From Podarcis erhardii (Eukaryota), in NCBI GenBank assembly GCA_964252035.1, contig OZ176204.1: 64,000 nucleotides of DNA; one strand, given 5' to 3'. The position numbers were made by a program, and so were the translations under genes. This document shows, in pieces, positions 61,780 to 64,000 of the stretch. Numbering within the stretch: position 1 is the first letter of the stretch; every line of letters starts with the position of its first letter. The notes under the pieces were generated by a model. That model had not been told where the DNA came from. It was given only the letters and a program-made list of their open reading frames with translations, and did no database searches.

Positions 61780-62240
61780 TAATGCCAGTTTAGCCGATAG
61801 AACTGTTGTTTTGTTGAAAAGGTGGCCAACAGTTTTTTAAAATACATAAAAAAGATTAGTGGAAACCGTTACTGGCGTTTGGTGCAAAAAAAAAAAAAAA
61901 AAAAATCACACCAGCAATAACAGTCTTTTTGAACTTCCGGGAACGGAACATGCAGGAATGAGTTTAATGCATACAGTTATCTAAACCGGCAAAGCAGCTT
62001 CACCATGTAAAACATTAATGATTAATGAGGCTTGTATTGATTTGTTTTCATTTTATCGAAATCAAAATATTACGCAAGACAAGAGGCCAGTAAATAAGCA
62101 GTAAACACGAACATTTTAATATTAATGAGTGGCGCTTTCCAGGCTTAAAACTCACATAAGCCTCCTCCCAAGAAGATGTAATAAGCAAAACACAGAAGGT
62201 GGAGCTTTAAAGGACATAATTTGGCCTCCTTCGTGTTTCA
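61780..62240. promoter_or_regulatory. Putative endoderm-type enhancer
   Basis: TTCCGGGAA (61935-61943), ATTAATGATTAAT (62014-62026), TATTGATT (62035-62042), GTAAATA near 62090 and GTAAACA (62101-62107). CpG-retaining and TE-free. Confidence 0.5.
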
Positions 62241-62589
62241 CTTCCTGCTGACATTTCTTCCCTGTGCCAAATATTTGTGGTAGTGGATGAGAGGGATTCT
62301 TGCAGGGTGTGGGGGGGACAAGGAGAGGTAGGAAGCAATGTGAATGCCTCCTCTCTCATTTCCAGGCTGAAGAATGCCTAGCACACTGACTGAGAACCTC
62401 TGACCACATTTCCCCCCAGTAGACAAAACAGCACCACAGGCATCTCAACCACTAAGCCACTCCCACCCACTCCACTAACCCACAATAGTCAACTATGGGC
62501 CAAACACCACTCTCAGCCCTTAGGCTACAGCAAAGAGGGAATATAAGGGGCCCGTGGACTTTGAAAACCTTTAAATAACCTGAAAGGAT

Positions 62590-63100
62590 ACACTTGTTCC
62601 TAAGCATAGATCAGCTGTAAATAACAGGCGTCACCCACAAGGTTACTTTTGATATTGATTTTTATTTAAAGGATTGCGGTTTTCAGGAGTAGGAAATATG
62701 ACAGGCCAGTGTTCACATTTTGTCGTTATGCAAGTGCACGAGTGCAAACAGGCACGCACGCACACAAATAAAATAGGAATATACCTGTTTATTTTTAAAG
62801 CAGCTTTACTTAAAATAACTCCACCACATAAAGGTGAAAACAAGAAGGATTCAGCTATATTTGCAGTACAGTCAACTATGCAGTCGGCAGCAACAAGCCA
62901 GTAAAGAACATACATGTGAAACAAAATAAACAGCACTCCAAAGTGAGATATTAAATTTTGTAGATACTTGCACATTGTCAATCATTTGGTTAAAGAGCAT
63001 TAACAGTGGCCAAAATACTTCTCAGCAGAACCGCTAAAAAGAATGCACAATGCCAATAAATGCATTACTGTTCAAAAGCTGCTCATATCCCAAATAGACA
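62590..63100. promoter_or_regulatory. Putative conserved non-coding element, second module
   Basis: TATTGATT (62653-62660), GTAAATA near 62618, CpGs, TE-free. Confidence 0.35.
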
Positions 63101-63215
63101 CCTCATCTCATCAACACAAGTAGAGAGCCACAGCACATCTAGAGTCTGTCTCAATCATCATGACACTCATATCAAAACATAGGGCCATGGGAGGAACCCA
63201 CGATGATAGATAGTC

Positions 63216-63430
63216 CAGTCGTCCCTTGGTTCTTGAACTTAATCCGTTCAACTCCCGAAACGGTTCGTAAACCAAGACATGGCTTCTGATCGGCTGCAGG
63301 AGCTTCCTGCAGCCAATTGGAAGCCGCTTTGCAAAAACGTTTGCAAACCGGAACACTTACTTCCATGTTTGCGGCATTCGGGAGCCAAAACATGCGAGTA
63401 CCAAGGCGTTCGAGAACCAAGGTATGACTG
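63216..63430. mobile_element. Tc1/Mariner-like MITE
   Basis: cagtcgtcccttggttct ... agaaccaaggtatgactg. The flanks lack an intact TA. Confidence 0.75.
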
Positions 63431-64000
63431 TGCTTCTATTTGTGATGTTAGAAAACACAAAATATAGATAAAGCTTAAATAATTAGTAAAATATTAGCAA
63501 AAATAAATGCATGATAGTGCTTTTACAGTGTAATCCCACTGTAAGTCCTATTAAGACCTACATCTATTGGGTAACAGAAATAGTACTGAGCCTTAAGAGT
63601 ATCCTATACATTTCTCAGACATTAACTCATTGTAATTCTTGCAGAGTAAAGTCAATCAGGATTACCACCTCCATGTTGCAATGGCAAACTGAGGCTGAGA
63701 TGAAAACAGAAGCGGGCCTAAGTCAAGCTAGTGAGTTGGTAGCATGGTAGTGATTCAAAGTGAGGTGCCTTCGATACAGAGGTCATTCTTTAGCCAGCAT
63801 TGTATAACATTCTAAGTAGCTACGATTCAGCAAAACCATACAAAACTATAATCCTCATGTACCTACAGCCCACATTTCTCTGCTATGGTTGGGCTTATAC
63901 CATCTCCCTACATATCTGAGCCACACATTTATGAACACTTTTCTTCTTCCTTTCCCCTCCCACCCAAGCCATACCAGTTTCTTTCTGTCCAACAACTCCA

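Larger units (their letters stand above)
49471..64000 (-). other. TCF7L2: 3' part of the TCF7L2 intron preceding the YLQMKW exon (orthologous to the human intron carrying rs7903146)
   Basis: Ends at the CAG acceptor (49471-49473) with a long pyrimidine tract. The upstream LHFQSGSTHY exon was not found in the window. Confidence 0.85.

Noticed and set aside
1-64000. The many 60-198 aa ORFs in the six-frame track
   Set aside because: Apart from the TCF7L2 exon and LINE remnants, they are low-complexity, microsatellite- or SINE-derived (e.g. 34130-34726 spans a Sauria SINE) or random, with no recognisable domains.
1-64000. Other TCF7L2 exons (LHFQSGSTHY exon, SPLPCCTQGH cassette, SNKVPV exon)
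   Set aside because: No matching sequence was found by eye. The flanking exons probably lie outside the window, and the cassette may be mammal-specific.
1-64000. Global enrichment of TCF/LEF motifs as evidence of autoregulation
   Set aside because: Roughly a dozen CTTTGAT/ATCAAAG hits by eye is about what AT-rich 64-kb DNA gives by chance.

Overview
Vertebrate genomic DNA from a squamate reptile, probably a lacertid lizard (inferred from Sauria SINEs, a Bov-B LINE and squamate MITEs). The window lies inside TCF7L2, transcribed on the minus strand. The only confident coding exon is the 102-nt YLQMKWPLLDVQAGSLQSRQALKDARSPSPAHIV exon at 49369-49470 (exon 5 in 17-exon numbering, exon 4 in older numbering). 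About 49 kb of the following intron (1-49368) and 14.5 kb of the preceding intron (49471-64000) fill the rest; I did not find the neighbouring exons. The introns hold many TE insertions, several with clean TSDs, plus microsatellites and TE-free blocks that look like conserved enhancers. Two signals stand out. First, read-through of the exon donor gives a 42-aa ORF, a stop and an AATAAA 4 nt later, predicting an isoform with the beta-catenin-binding domain but no HMG box. Second, a cluster of minus-strand exon-like units at 3.1-6.5 kb, with a GC-box/TAAT region upstream, fits internal first exons of dominant-negative TCF7L2. Both have mammalian precedents recalled from the literature, and neither can be confirmed here without alignment or RNA data. 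The other six-frame ORFs appear to be noise or TE remnants. There is no CRISPR array, tRNA, rRNA or other prokaryote-type system.
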